Of a stretch of DNA of 56,729 nt, positions 1-11,607 are shown piece by piece. A model generated the notes under the pieces. That model made no database searches and had not been told where the DNA came from. It saw nothing but the letters and a program-made list of their open reading frames with translations. Within the stretch, counting starts at the first letter, position 1. The number at the start of each line of letters is the position of its first letter. Position numbers and translations under genes: made by a program. The stretch is taken from NCBI GenBank assembly GCA_017398655.1, contig JAFQFI010000016.1, positions 1-56,729 of the forward strand. The letters are read 5' to 3'. The DNA comes from Clostridia bacterium. Lineage in GTDB: Bacteria; Bacillota; Clostridia; Christensenellales; UBA1242.

Positions 1-60
1 ATATTATAATAAGACAAAGCCAAGTTTAATTTTAAAATTTGGTGGTCAATTTTTTTGTAA

Positions 61-2013
<1,953 letters not shown>

Positions 2014-2036
2014 TTTTTAAATTAAAACTTTTTAAG

Positions 2037-2369
2037 GTGTTTAGTATGGTTGATTTAGATAAATTGCAAAAAGAAGTTTATCAAAACAAAATAGATAAAG
2101 GTTTTGATATTAGAGATAATAGAGAAAATATTTATAAGCAATTTAATTTTATTCAAGGCGAGGTTGCAGAAGCTTTTGAAGCATATCATAAAGGTATGGA
2201 TACTTTGGGCGAAGAACTTGCTGATGTTTGTTTATATATTTTAGGTCTTTGTGAAATTAAAGGTATAAGCTTAGAAAAAGAAATATTAAATAAATTGGAA
2301 ATAATTAAAAAGCGTAAATATATTAATGTAAATGGTGCAATGGTAAAACAATCAAAGGACGATAAATAA
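2037..2369 (+). CDS. MazG-like all-alpha NTP pyrophosphohydrolase
   Basis: GEVAEAFEA...LGEELADV acidic motif; start may be ATG 2046 rather than GTG 2037. Confidence 0.8.
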   Translation: MFSMVDLDKLQKEVYQNKIDKGFDIRDNRENIYKQFNFIQGEVAEAFEAYHKGMDTLGEELADVCLYILGLCEIKGISLEKEILNKLEIIKKRKYINVNGAMVKQSKDDK

Positions 2370-2370
2370 T

Positions 2371-2652
2371 ATGGATAGTTACTATTTAGATGCCTATAAA
2401 AAGTTTTTAGATAAATGGGGCTATGATGCTCAAAGTTTAATGTGTATTGAAGAAATGAGCGAACTTACAAAAGCCCTTTGCAAATATAAACGCTTTGGAA
2501 AAGAAGATTGTTTGCAAGAAATAAAAGATAATATTTTAGAAGAAATTGCAGATGTTTTAAACACCGTAGAGCAACTTAAGTATTATTTTGGCGAAGAAAA
2601 AATAGAAGAAATTCGCAAACAAAAAATAGAAAAAACACTTAAAAAACTTTAA
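2371..2652 (+). CDS. MazG-like NTP pyrophosphohydrolase (phage-type short form)
   Basis: IEEMSELTKAL...EEIADV motif; AAGGA RBS inside upstream gene. Confidence 0.8.
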   Translation: MDSYYLDAYKKFLDKWGYDAQSLMCIEEMSELTKALCKYKRFGKEDCLQEIKDNILEEIADVLNTVEQLKYYFGEEKIEEIRKQKIEKTLKKL

Positions 2653-2671
2653 GAAAAATTAAAGGAAAAAT

Positions 2672-3145
2672 ATGGAAGAAAAAGTTATAGTAGTTGCTAC
2701 TGACTTAGAAGAAAGTTTAGTAAAACCTTTAACAAAATTAAAAGTAATAAAAACCCAGCCGGGCAGTAGTAATGTAATAGAAACTTTAAAAAATTTAGAT
2801 AAAAAAACAAAAATAATAAATGTAGGATATGCCGGTAGTAATGTGCTACCAGTAGGAAGTATAGTAAAAATAAAAAACAGTCACTTATATCATCCAAATG
2901 TTACCTTTAAAGAAAAACCTTATAATTTGGGGGGAGAAGTTGATTGTTATACTTCAAATGATTTTGTTTTACAAACCACACTGCAACAACCTGTTGTTTT
3001 TGATATGGAATTAAATACAATATGTGCCTTAGGTTTTGATGTGGTTTCTTATAAAATAGTTAGCGATAATCTTTCCTTAAAGCAGTATGAGGAAGTTGAC
3101 TTAAATAAAAAATGGTTAGAATTATTTAAATTAATAGGGGAATAA
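2672..3145 (+). CDS. Compact MTA/SAH nucleosidase / purine nucleoside phosphorylase-fold protein
   Basis: IINVGYAGS, TSNDFV, FDME and KIVSD motifs of the PNP_UDP_1 fold; shorter than typical Pfs. Confidence 0.7.
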   Translation: MEEKVIVVATDLEESLVKPLTKLKVIKTQPGSSNVIETLKNLDKKTKIINVGYAGSNVLPVGSIVKIKNSHLYHPNVTFKEKPYNLGGEVDCYTSNDFVLQTTLQQPVVFDMELNTICALGFDVVSYKIVSDNLSLKQYEEVDLNKKWLELFKLIGE

Positions 3146-3151
3146 AATAAA

Positions 3152-5635
3152 ATGAAAAAACAAGATTATTCAAAAGAATTAGACCAAATTGTAGATAACA
3201 CAAGGTATGTAAAAGTACACCTTAATGAAGAAATGAAAAAATCTTTCATCTCTTACGCTATGGCTGTTAATGTAAGCCGTGCTATCCCAGATGTAAGAGA
3301 CGGTTTAAAGCCAGTTCATCGTCGTATTTTATACGCAATGGGAGAGTTAAACCTATCAAACGATAAGCCATTTAGAAAATGTGCCCGTATTGTTGGTGAT
3401 GTTTTAGGTAAATACCACCCACACGGTGACTCTGCTGTTTATGAAGCACTTGTAAGATTGGCACAAGATTTCTCTATAAACGAGCCACTTGTATCTGGTC
3501 AAGGTAACTTTGGTAGTATCGACGGTGATCCACCAGCTGCTCAGCGTTATACAGAAGCAAAGCTTTCTAAAATTGCTGGAGAAATGTTAAGAGAAATTGA
3601 CAAAGAAACTGTTGACTTCTATCCAAACTTTGATGGTACATTACAACAACCATCAGTTCTTCCATCACGCTTTCCAAACCTTTTGGTAAATGGTTCTGAT
3701 GGTATTGCTGTTGGTATGGCAACAAATATTCCCCCACACAATTTAGGCGAAGTAATTGACGGTGTTATTGCTCTTATTGATAACCCTGATATTGAAATTG
3801 ATGACCTTATTAAAATTATTCCTGCACCAGATTTTCCAACAAAAGGTATTATTATGGGCAGAGCAGGTATCAGAAATGCTTATAAAACAGGTAGAGGCAA
3901 CATTGTTTTAAGAGCAAGAACTGAAATTGAAGAAGAAGAAAAAAGAAGTCGTATTATTATTACAGAACTTCCTTATCAAGTTAACAAAGCAAAACTTATT
4001 GAACTTATTGCAACTCTTGTTAAAGATAAAAAAGTTGAAGGCATTAGTGATATTAAAGAAGAATCTGATAGAACAGGTATGCGTATTGTTATAGATATCA
4101 AAAGAGATGCAAACCCACAAGTTGTTTTAAATCTTTTATACAAACATACTCCACTTCAACAAGGTCAAGGCATTATTTTCTTAGCACTTGTTGATGGCGA
4201 ACCAAAAATCTTAAACTTAAAACAAATGCTTTATTATTATCTTGCTCACCAAAAAGAAATTATTACAAGAAGAACAAGATATGATCTTGAAAAAGCACAA
4301 GAAAGAGCACATATTTTAGAAGGTCTTGCAATAGCTCTTGCTAATGTTGACGAAGTTGTAAAAATTATTAAAAAGAGTGCTGACAAAGTTGACGCTTGTG
4401 AAAAATTGCGTCAAAAATTCTTGCTTAGCGATAAACAAGCAACAGCAATTCTTGAAATGCGTTTACAACGACTAACCAGTTTGGAAGTTCAAAAAATAAA
4501 AGAAGAACTTAGTGCACTTAACATACAAATAGCTGAATATAAGGCAATTTTGAAAAGCGAACAAAGGGTTTTAGATATTGTAAGAAATGAACTTACAGAA
4601 GTTAAAGAAAAATATGCAAGACCAAGACAAAGTGAAATAAGTGTAGATTTCAACGATATTGATGTTGAAGATTTAATTGAAAAAGAAGATGTTGTAATTT
4701 CTCTTACTCACTTCGGTTATGTTAAGCGTCAACCTGTTAACGAGTATAAAGCTCAAAAAAGAGGTGGCGTAGGCGTAAGTGGACATAAAACAAAAGAAGA
4801 AGATTTTGTTGAAAAAATGTTTATTGCAAACACCCACGATAACTTATTGTTCTTTACAAGTAAAGGTAGGGTATTCTGTCAAAAAGCATATACTATACCA
4901 GAAGCTCAAAAAGCAGCCAAAGGTAGAGCAATTATTAACTTGTTGCATTTAACTGATAATGAAACTGTTACAGAAATTATTAGATTTACAGATGATCTTA
5001 AAGGTTACTTAATTATGGCTACAAGAAATGGCTTAATTAAGAAAACTGCTATTGAAGAATTTAAACACATTAATAAAAATGGTAAAATAGCTATTAAACT
5101 TGTAGAAGATGATGTTTTAATTAGTGTTGATACTACAAATGGCAGAGATGAACTTATTGTAGCTACACACGAAGGTAAATGTATTAGATTTAGTGAAGAA
5201 GATGTAAGACCTATGGGCAGAAGTTCTCAAGGTGTAAAGAGCATAAGCTTAAATAAAAAAGATTATGTTGTAGATATGTCTGTTATGAAAAAAGGTTGTC
5301 AAATCTTAACTATTTCTGAAAATGGTTATGGAAAGAGAAGTGATGCAAATGACTATCGTTTGCAAATTCGTGGTGGTAAAGGCGTTAAAGCCGGCGAGTT
5401 TAATGCAAAAACAGGTAAACTTGTTAACTTAAAACAAATTAAGCCAGATCAAGATGTAATTTTAATCTCTGATAACGGAACAATTATTCGTCTTGTAGCA
5501 GACCAAATCAGTAAAATTGGTAGAAACACTCAAGGTGTTAAAATTATGCGTCTTAAAGATAAAAACTATAAAGTTGTTTGTGCTTCTGTAACAGAACACG
5601 AAGAATATGATGAGGAAGACGACCCACAAGAATAA
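3152..5635 (+). CDS. gyrA: DNA gyrase subunit A
   Basis: [16 protein letters not shown], catalytic AAQRYTE; GyrA-box QKRGGVG distinguishes it from ParC. Confidence 0.97.
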   Translation: MKKQDYSKELDQIVDNTRYVKVHLNEEMKKSFISYAMAVNVSRAIPDVRDGLKPVHRRILYAMGELNLSNDKPFRKCARIVGDVLGKYHPHGDSAVYEALVRLAQDFSINEPLVSGQGNFGSIDGDPPAAQRYTEAKLSKIAGEMLREIDKETVDFYPNFDGTLQQPSVLPSRFPNLLVNGSDGIAVGMATNIPPHNLGEVIDGVIALIDNPDIEIDDLIKIIPAPDFPTKGIIMGRAGIRNAYKTGRGNIVLRARTEIEEEEKRSRIIITELPYQVNKAKLIELIATLVKDKKVEGISDIKEESDRTGMRIVIDIKRDANPQVVLNLLYKHTPLQQGQGIIFLALVDGEPKILNLKQMLYYYLAHQKEIITRRTRYDLEKAQERAHILEGLAIALANVDEVVKIIKKSADKVDACEKLRQKFLLSDKQATAILEMRLQRLTSLEVQKIKEELSALNIQIAEYKAILKSEQRVLDIVRNELTEVKEKYARPRQSEISVDFNDIDVEDLIEKEDVVISLTHFGYVKRQPVNEYKAQKRGGVGVSGHKTKEEDFVEKMFIANTHDNLLFFTSKGRVFCQKAYTIPEAQKAAKGRAIINLLHLTDNETVTEIIRFTDDLKGYLIMATRNGLIKKTAIEEFKHINKNGKIAIKLVEDDVLISVDTTNGRDELIVATHEGKCIRFSEEDVRPMGRSSQGVKSISLNKKDYVVDMSVMKKGCQILTISENGYGKRSDANDYRLQIRGGKGVKAGEFNAKTGKLVNLKQIKPDQDVILISDNGTIIRLVADQISKIGRNTQGVKIMRLKDKNYKVVCASVTEHEEYDEEDDPQE

Positions 5636-5653
5636 TTAAATATAAAAAACAAG

Positions 5654-5685
5654 AAGAACTTAGTTTGTGCTAAGTTCTTTTTTTT
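5654..5685 (+). terminator. Intrinsic terminator after gyrA
   Basis: AAGAACTTAG / CTAAGTTCTT stem followed by a T-run. Confidence 0.8.
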
Positions 5686-5796
5686 AATTTTTAAAATATC
5701 TTTTTAACAATATTTATGCATAATGTGGAAATTTTTAAAATAAAAATATTATATAAAATAAAGCGTTTATTTTATAAAAAAATTAAAGGGATTTAT

Positions 5797-6099
5797 ATGG
5801 AAATTGTTGAAACTTTAAAAAACGAAGAAGCACAAGAAAAAATCTTTTCCGAAAGCCAAGTTTCTTTGCAAAACAGAACAATATTAACAATAACGGGCGT
5901 AGAAAAAGTTTATGAAACAAACGAGGTGAAAGTTCAATTAAGGGTATCAAAATCAAATTTACTTATTACCGGAGAGGGTTTAAACATTTCTCGTCTTGAT
6001 GTAGAAACTGGTGTTATTCAAATTAACGGAACAATTAATGAATTAAAATATACAACAGCAGAAACAAAAGGAAATATATTTAAAAAGATTTTTAAATGA
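5797..6099 (+). CDS. yabP: Sporulation protein YabP family
   Basis: LQNRTILTITGVEKV...LLITGEGLNISRLDVETG.IQING.I..LKY...IFKKIFK signature; start moved to ATG 5797 after AAAGGG. Confidence 0.8.
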   Translation: MEIVETLKNEEAQEKIFSESQVSLQNRTILTITGVEKVYETNEVKVQLRVSKSNLLITGEGLNISRLDVETGVIQINGTINELKYTTAETKGNIFKKIFK

Positions 6100-6623
6100 T
6101 TTTATTTACAAGTTTTAATTACATAACAATATTCTTTCTGTTTGTATACTTAGGGCTTCTTTCTGGGTTAATTTTTAAAAGTTGTACTTTGTTTTTTAAT
6201 TATTTAACAATAAAAACAAAAAAGTGGCTTGAAAAAACGACTACAATTAGAAATAACCCCAAAACAAAGCAAATAGTAACAGAAATGTTAAACTACAAAA
6301 ATAGACCCCAAAAACAAAGAAAAAAACATATTTTTAAAAAATTTTTTGAAAAAGCAAAACAAAGCATAAAAAAAATATCAAATTATATTTTATATGTTTT
6401 TTATAAAAGCTTTCCAATATTAAGCTTTATAGCGTGTGTGTTTTTTACATATTTAATTAATTTATATTTAAACTTTGGACATTTGCGTTTAATTTATGTT
6501 TTAATTTGGGTTTTATTCTTTTTTGTAGGCAAAACACTTTGTAAATTGCTTGCCAATTATTTTTTGTGCTTTTATAATTATTTTATTAAAAGGATAAAAA
6601 AAGATGGAAGAGCAAAACAATAA
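6096..6623 (+). CDS. YabQ-like membrane protein (divergent)
   Basis: ATGA overlap with yabP; hydrophobic termini with LNFGHLRLIYVL resembling the YabQ N.G..R.Y motif; Lys-rich central insert. Confidence 0.55.
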   Translation: MILFTSFNYITIFFLFVYLGLLSGLIFKSCTLFFNYLTIKTKKWLEKTTTIRNNPKTKQIVTEMLNYKNRPQKQRKKHIFKKFFEKAKQSIKKISNYILYVFYKSFPILSFIACVFFTYLINLYLNFGHLRLIYVLIWVLFFFVGKTLCKLLANYFLCFYNYFIKRIKKDGRAKQ

Positions 6624-6798
6624 TAAAAGAAAGACAAAACTTTTAATGTTTACAATGATTGCTATTATTGCTATTTTGTTTGCAGGAATAATTTATCAAT
6701 TTGTAGTAATAAAATCTCTTCAAAAACAGGTTTCTGAAAACTCATCTGCATATGTTTATGTGCAAGAAATAAAAACAAAAGAAAATAATTTATATTAA
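6604..6798 (+). CDS. Small bitopic membrane protein in the DivIC/FtsL position
   Basis: Basic N-terminus, one TM segment, short amphipathic tail; follows yabP-yabQ; AAAGGA RBS. Confidence 0.5.
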   Translation: MEEQNNNKRKTKLLMFTMIAIIAILFAGIIYQFVVIKSLQKQVSENSSAYVYVQEIKTKENNLY

Positions 6799-6816
6799 AA
6801 AATTTTTATATAAAAC

Positions 6817-6845
6817 TTGACTAAATGCAGTAATATTTCTATAAT
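6817..6845 (+). promoter_or_regulatory. sigma-A promoter
   Basis: TTGACT-17 nt-TATAAT. Confidence 0.7.
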
Positions 6846-6881
6846 ATATACATATATTAATAATAAAAGGGGAAAATTAAT

Positions 6882-7103
6882 ATGGCAAAAAAATCTGATT
6901 ATTTTGGATTGGGATATATTGTTAGTGTTATCTTAGCTGTTATCCCATTTACAGCATGGATTTGCGGAGCAATCACAAGATTTATGGAAGGCAAAATTGT
7001 TGCTGGTTTGATTAGATTAATTTTTGGTTTCACAATTGTTTGGGTTGTTGACTTAGTTCTTATGCTTCTCAGCAAACACATTTGGAGACTTCTTAACATT
7101 TAA
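6882..7103 (+). CDS. Small membrane protein (weak TM2-domain resemblance)
   Basis: AAGGGG RBS, own promoter and terminator, two hydrophobic segments. Confidence 0.75.
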   Translation: MAKKSDYFGLGYIVSVILAVIPFTAWICGAITRFMEGKIVAGLIRLIFGFTIVWVVDLVLMLLSKHIWRLLNI

Positions 7104-7114
7104 TTGTTAAAAAG

Positions 7115-7147
7115 AAATAACTGGTTTTTATGCCAGTTATTTTTTTT
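7115..7147 (+). terminator. Intrinsic terminator
   Basis: AAATAACTGG / CCAGTTATTT stem plus T-run. Confidence 0.75.
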
Positions 7148-7162
7148 ATCCAAGCAAAATAT

Positions 7163-7200
7163 AAAAAAGGAACTTATTGGTTTTAAGTTCCTTTTATTTT
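7163..7200. terminator. Intrinsic terminator (probably serves the MFS gene)
   Basis: AAAAGGAACTTA / TAAGTTCCTTTT inverted repeat. Confidence 0.7.
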
Positions 7201-7223
7201 TTTATAAGCATTTTTATATTTAA

Positions 7224-8444
7224 TTAATACAATTTATTATTTTGTAAATAGTCAACTAACATTTCTCTTGTGTCTTCTTCGTTTTTAGGTATAAAGTATG
7301 CACAAGAAGCAAATATAATGCCTGTTGCAAAGAAAGCCGGAATAAACATTACAGGGTTTATTGCTGCAATGCCATATATTAAAATTTGTGACCATCTTGA
7401 TGCTTGAGCTCTGCCTTCTAAAGCCAAATTACTTACGCCCATAATTTTACACCTTGTCATCATTCTTGAATAACAGAAAATACTGATGTAAGAATATAAA
7501 AAACCAATAATACCAAATATAATTACTTCAAGCCAAATTAGGTTTGCAACAAAAGGTACAACGCAAACAAATATTCCTGATAAAACACAGAAGATTGATA
7601 CAATATTTGTTAAATCCATTTTGTCGTCCATCTTTCCTGCAATAAAACACCCCAAACCAAACATAGCATAAAAAGATGCTTGAATGTAAGAAGTAAAACT
7701 GTAACTTTCTGCACTAACCTTAAACAAGTATAAACTAAGTAGCTGCATTAAAGCATCATAAACGCAAAACGCAAAATAAATTAAAAAATATCTTACTAAC
7801 AATTTTTTTGTAATAACATTTTGTTGGCGTTTTTTAATTTTAATATTATTAAAACTTTCTACAGCATTTGAAGTTGCATCTTGGTTAAAAGTTGCAGATT
7901 TTCTTTGTTTAAAATAATAAATTAAAAGTGGAATAACACTTATTAAATAAGAGCCACATGCAACAACAATTGCTACCCATTTTGGCATATTATCTAAAAA
8001 CAAACCACCAATAATAATTGCAGAAATAACACCAATATACTCAAATAATCTTGAAAGACCATTAGAAGAAGAACCTTTATTTAGTGTTGAATAATTAAAT
8101 ATAAGTTCCATAGGAATATCTTTAAATGTAACAGCCAAAGAGTGAAATATAACAGACAAAGCAATGCCTAACCATTTAAGAGGTGTATCAAGCAACAAAA
8201 TAGATAAAGAATAAAATAGGAAAGGGAATAATCTTATGGCCAAAAAAACTTGAGGTTTTCGTTCCATAAACTTATAAAAGATGCGAGAAAATAAAATTCT
8301 TAATAACATATTAAGAACTAAAAACAAAAAAGCATAAGTAAAACTATTTGTGCTTTGATAAATAATTAAAGCAATAAAAGCACCAACAATGTTGGAGGCA
8401 AATTGAGATAAAATTTTATGAAAGTTTAATAGTTTTAGTTGCAT
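7224..8444 (-). CDS. MFS-type membrane transporter
   Basis: About 12 hydrophobic segments in two halves with a central hydrophilic loop; GKMDDK loop motif; AGAGG RBS. Confidence 0.65.
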   Translation of the reverse strand: MQLKLLNFHKILSQFASNIVGAFIALIIYQSTNSFTYAFLFLVLNMLLRILFSRIFYKFMERKPQVFLAIRLFPFLFYSLSILLLDTPLKWLGIALSVIFHSLAVTFKDIPMELIFNYSTLNKGSSSNGLSRLFEYIGVISAIIIGGLFLDNMPKWVAIVVACGSYLISVIPLLIYYFKQRKSATFNQDATSNAVESFNNIKIKKRQQNVITKKLLVRYFLIYFAFCVYDALMQLLSLYLFKVSAESYSFTSYIQASFYAMFGLGCFIAGKMDDKMDLTNIVSIFCVLSGIFVCVVPFVANLIWLEVIIFGIIGFLYSYISIFCYSRMMTRCKIMGVSNLALEGRAQASRWSQILIYGIAAINPVMFIPAFFATGIIFASCAYFIPKNEEDTREMLVDYLQNNKLY

Positions 8445-8554
8445 AAAAACCTCTTTTTAACAATAAAATTTTTAATAAAAAACTTTAATAAATTCAATAA
8501 AAATTTTACTAAAATATTGCTTGAAAATCAAACAAAAAGAGATATAATTTAAAT

Positions 8555-9100
8555 ATGGAAAAAAAGAAATTATTATTGCATAGTTGCTGTGGTCCTTGTA
8601 GTACAAGCGTAATAGAAAAATTGCAAAACGATTATGATTTAACTATTTTTTACTACAATCCAAATATTTATCCAGAAGATGAATATATAAAAAGATTATC
8701 AGAGCAAAAAAAATATATAGAGTTAACTCATAAAAAAATAAAGGTAATAGATGGCGAGTATGCTGACGCAGACAAGTTTATGCAAGCTTATACTGGTTTA
8801 GAAAATTGTTGTGAGGGAGGAGAAAGGTGCAAAACCTGTATCTATTTGCGTCTTAAAAAAACTGCTGAATTTGCCTCTAAAAACAAATATGATATCTTTG
8901 CAAGCACACTAAGTGTAAGTCCACATAAAAATGCTAAATTAATAAACGATTTAGGTCTTGAGTTATCAAAAGAAAACAATATAGAATATTTAATTTCTGA
9001 TTTTAAAAAACAAGACGGATATTTAAATAGTATTAAACTGTCAAAACAATATAATTTATATCGCCAAAACTATTGTGGCTGTAAGTATTCTATTTATTAA
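8555..9100 (+). CDS. queH: Epoxyqueuosine reductase QueH (DUF208)
   Basis: LLLHSCCGPCS, YYNPNIYP..EY, EGGERC..C, SPHKN, YRQNYCGC. Confidence 0.93.
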   Translation: MEKKKLLLHSCCGPCSTSVIEKLQNDYDLTIFYYNPNIYPEDEYIKRLSEQKKYIELTHKKIKVIDGEYADADKFMQAYTGLENCCEGGERCKTCIYLRLKKTAEFASKNKYDIFASTLSVSPHKNAKLINDLGLELSKENNIEYLISDFKKQDGYLNSIKLSKQYNLYRQNYCGCKYSIY

Positions 9101-9104
9101 AACA

Positions 9105-9135
9105 AAAAAACAACTATTTTTCATAGTTGTTTTTT
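9105..9135. terminator. Bidirectional terminator
   Basis: AAAAAACAACTAT / ATAGTTGTTTTTT between convergent genes. Confidence 0.75.
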
Positions 9136-9141
9136 CTTTGT

Positions 9142-11508
9142 TTAATTTTTCTTTTTGTTTAATAATTTTTGCATTTTTTTACTTTCAAAAAACATTTCAA
9201 ACAATTTTTTAAGCATAATATAAATAAAGTAAACAACAACTGTTGAAATTAAAACAAAAGCAAAGTTTTTTGCTGTTAACTCTGTATAATTGAAAAATTC
9301 TGGAGGTATTATAAAGAAAGCTAAAGCACAAATTAGTAATAAACCAAAAGAAATTATAGATCTAAATTTGTCAAGAGGTAAACATAAGTTGAGTAATACA
9401 GCAAAAGCACCAAAAGTTACACAATAAGAAACCATTGTTGCTAAAGATTCTATATTGCCAATAATGCTACAATATATATAGCATGCCATTGCAGATAAGA
9501 AAAGTGTTAAAGCTGCAGGCAATGCTTTTGAAGTTAAGCTTGCAATAAAGGTTCCTTTAATTCTGTCATTGTTAGGTTGAAGAGCTAAGAAGAAAGACGG
9601 AATTCCAATAAACAATGTTTCCCACAACAAAATTTGATTTGCTTGAAGAGGATAAGTGTAAGATGGAGCTATTAAAACAAAAATTGTTAAAAACATTGTA
9701 AAGAAGGTTTTTGTTAAAAACAAAGAAGACGCTTTAGAAATATTATTAATAACCCTTCTACCTTCCTCAACAATTTTTGGCATAGCAGAAAAGTTGTTTT
9801 CAAGCATAACCAAATTACTTGCACTTCTTGTTGCCTCGCTTCCACTTGCCATAGCAATAGAACAATCTGCTTCTTTTAAAGCCAAAATATCATTAACTCC
9901 ATCGCCTGTCATAGCAACCTTATTGCCAGCAGCTTTTAAAGCTTTAACAATAATGCATTTTTGTTCTGGGGTAACTCTTCCAAATATATTATATTCTAAG
10001 GCAGCTTTTTTTACTTCACGCTTATTCATACCTTCTAAACTAATGCATTTATCGGCATCTACAACACCAACTTTTTTAGCAATACTACTAACAGTGTCAA
10101 CATTATCACCAGAAATAATTTTTACAGCTACATCATTTTTGTTAAACCAGTCAATTGTTTCAATTGCATCTGGTCTAATATTATCTTGAATTGTAATAAT
10201 AGCAATCGGCTCGCTATCAATTTCAATTTCTTCTTTTTTAATTTTATGTTTGTTTTGGCACAACATAACAACCCTAAAGCCATCACTTGTAAAATCTTTT
10301 ACAGTTTGTTTAACTTCTTTAGATAGGTTTTTGCTTACAAATTCTGGAGCACCTAAAATAAAAGTTCCTGTTTCTTTTATTGTAACAGCAGAGTATTTTC
10401 TATCACTGCTGAAAGGTACAATACCATCAATTTCTGCTTTTCTTGTTCCAAAATATTCTTTCATTGCAAATTGAGTGTGATTACTAACAGTAATTGCACT
10501 CATATACATTTTCATTATATTAGTTATATCTTCTTGACTTGCGTTTATAGGAATAACATTTGTAACTGTCATTGTTCCATCTGTAATTGTTCCTGTTTTA
10601 TCTAAACACAAAACATTTGCTCTTGCCAAAGTTTCAATGCTGTATAGGTCTTGAACCAAAGTTTTTCTTTTTGCAAGTTTTAAAACACCAACAACCAAAG
10701 AAACGCTTGTTAATAAAAACATACCAACAGGCATCATACCTATAATAGAGCCAGATGTTTTTATAATGCTATCTGTTAAATTAAGTGTTTTGTATGCATC
10801 TATAAAGGTAAGAATACCAAGAGGAATAAGTAAAATACCAATAGTTTTAATAATAAAGTTTAATGTTTTTAAAATGTCACTTTGATTAGATTTAAACTCT
10901 CTTGCTTTTTTGATAAGTGTTGAAGAATATGTTTCTAAACCAACTTTAATTGCTTGAGCTTTGCAATTTCCACTAACCACAAAACTTCCACCAAGCAAAG
11001 TGTCTCCGGGAAGTTTTTTAACCGGGTGGCTTTCTCCTGTAATTAAACTTTCGTTTGCTTCAATAATTCCATCAATTACAACACAATCGGCACAAATTTG
11101 TTGACCAGATTCAAAAAAAACAATGTCGTCTACAACAATTTGATTTGTATCTATTAATGTTTCTTCGCCATTTCTTATAGTTTTTATTTTTGCTTCAAAC
11201 ATTACAGATATTTTATCAACCATACGCTTTGCTCTAATTTCTTGAATTAAACCAATAAGAAGGTTTGCTCCAAAAATTAAAAGAAAAGCCAAGTTGTTAA
11301 AGCTATTAACTGCAATAAGCATACCTGCAATTATAAAACATATAAGATTAAACCAAGTACATATATTGCCTATAAAAATTTGAGTATAAGTTTTAGAAGT
11401 TTTTGTAAGAGTGGTATTAATTTTACCTTCTTTTTTTCTTTCTTCTACTTGCTCTAAATTTAAACCTTTTTCAAAATCAATTTCGTTATTAAGTGTTAAG
11501 TTTTCCAT
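9142..11508 (-). CDS. P-type ATPase, CtpE-like subfamily
   Basis: TGES, DKTGTIT, SGDN, GDGVND motifs; TM4 reads MPVGM. Confidence 0.9.
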   Translation of the reverse strand: MENLTLNNEIDFEKGLNLEQVEERKKEGKINTTLTKTSKTYTQIFIGNICTWFNLICFIIAGMLIAVNSFNNLAFLLIFGANLLIGLIQEIRAKRMVDKISVMFEAKIKTIRNGEETLIDTNQIVVDDIVFFESGQQICADCVVIDGIIEANESLITGESHPVKKLPGDTLLGGSFVVSGNCKAQAIKVGLETYSSTLIKKAREFKSNQSDILKTLNFIIKTIGILLIPLGILTFIDAYKTLNLTDSIIKTSGSIIGMMPVGMFLLTSVSLVVGVLKLAKRKTLVQDLYSIETLARANVLCLDKTGTITDGTMTVTNVIPINASQEDITNIMKMYMSAITVSNHTQFAMKEYFGTRKAEIDGIVPFSSDRKYSAVTIKETGTFILGAPEFVSKNLSKEVKQTVKDFTSDGFRVVMLCQNKHKIKKEEIEIDSEPIAIITIQDNIRPDAIETIDWFNKNDVAVKIISGDNVDTVSSIAKKVGVVDADKCISLEGMNKREVKKAALEYNIFGRVTPEQKCIIVKALKAAGNKVAMTGDGVNDILALKEADCSIAMASGSEATRSASNLVMLENNFSAMPKIVEEGRRVINNISKASSLFLTKTFFTMFLTIFVLIAPSYTYPLQANQILLWETLFIGIPSFFLALQPNNDRIKGTFIASLTSKALPAALTLFLSAMACYIYCSIIGNIESLATMVSYCVTFGAFAVLLNLCLPLDKFRSIISFGLLLICALAFFIIPPEFFNYTELTAKNFAFVLISTVVVYFIYIMLKKLFEMFFESKKMQKLLNKKKN

Positions 11509-11607
11509 AAATTATATTTTATCAAATTGAATAAAAAATCAAAACCCTTTATACATATTTTTAAAAAAAACTTTAAAATATTACATATTTAAGTATAATA
11601 TAGTTAT

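Noticed and set aside
5716-5760. sigma-E-like promoter upstream of yabP (GCATAA ... AATAAAAAT)
   Set aside because: Biologically plausible, but the match is too weak in such AT-rich DNA to support as a feature.
9794-10474. Antisense and overlapping short ORFs in the track (e.g. 9794-10189, 24358-24750, 46417-46908, 56242-56475)
   Set aside because: They are shadows of well-supported genes on the opposite strand or frame, with no RBS or recognisable motifs.
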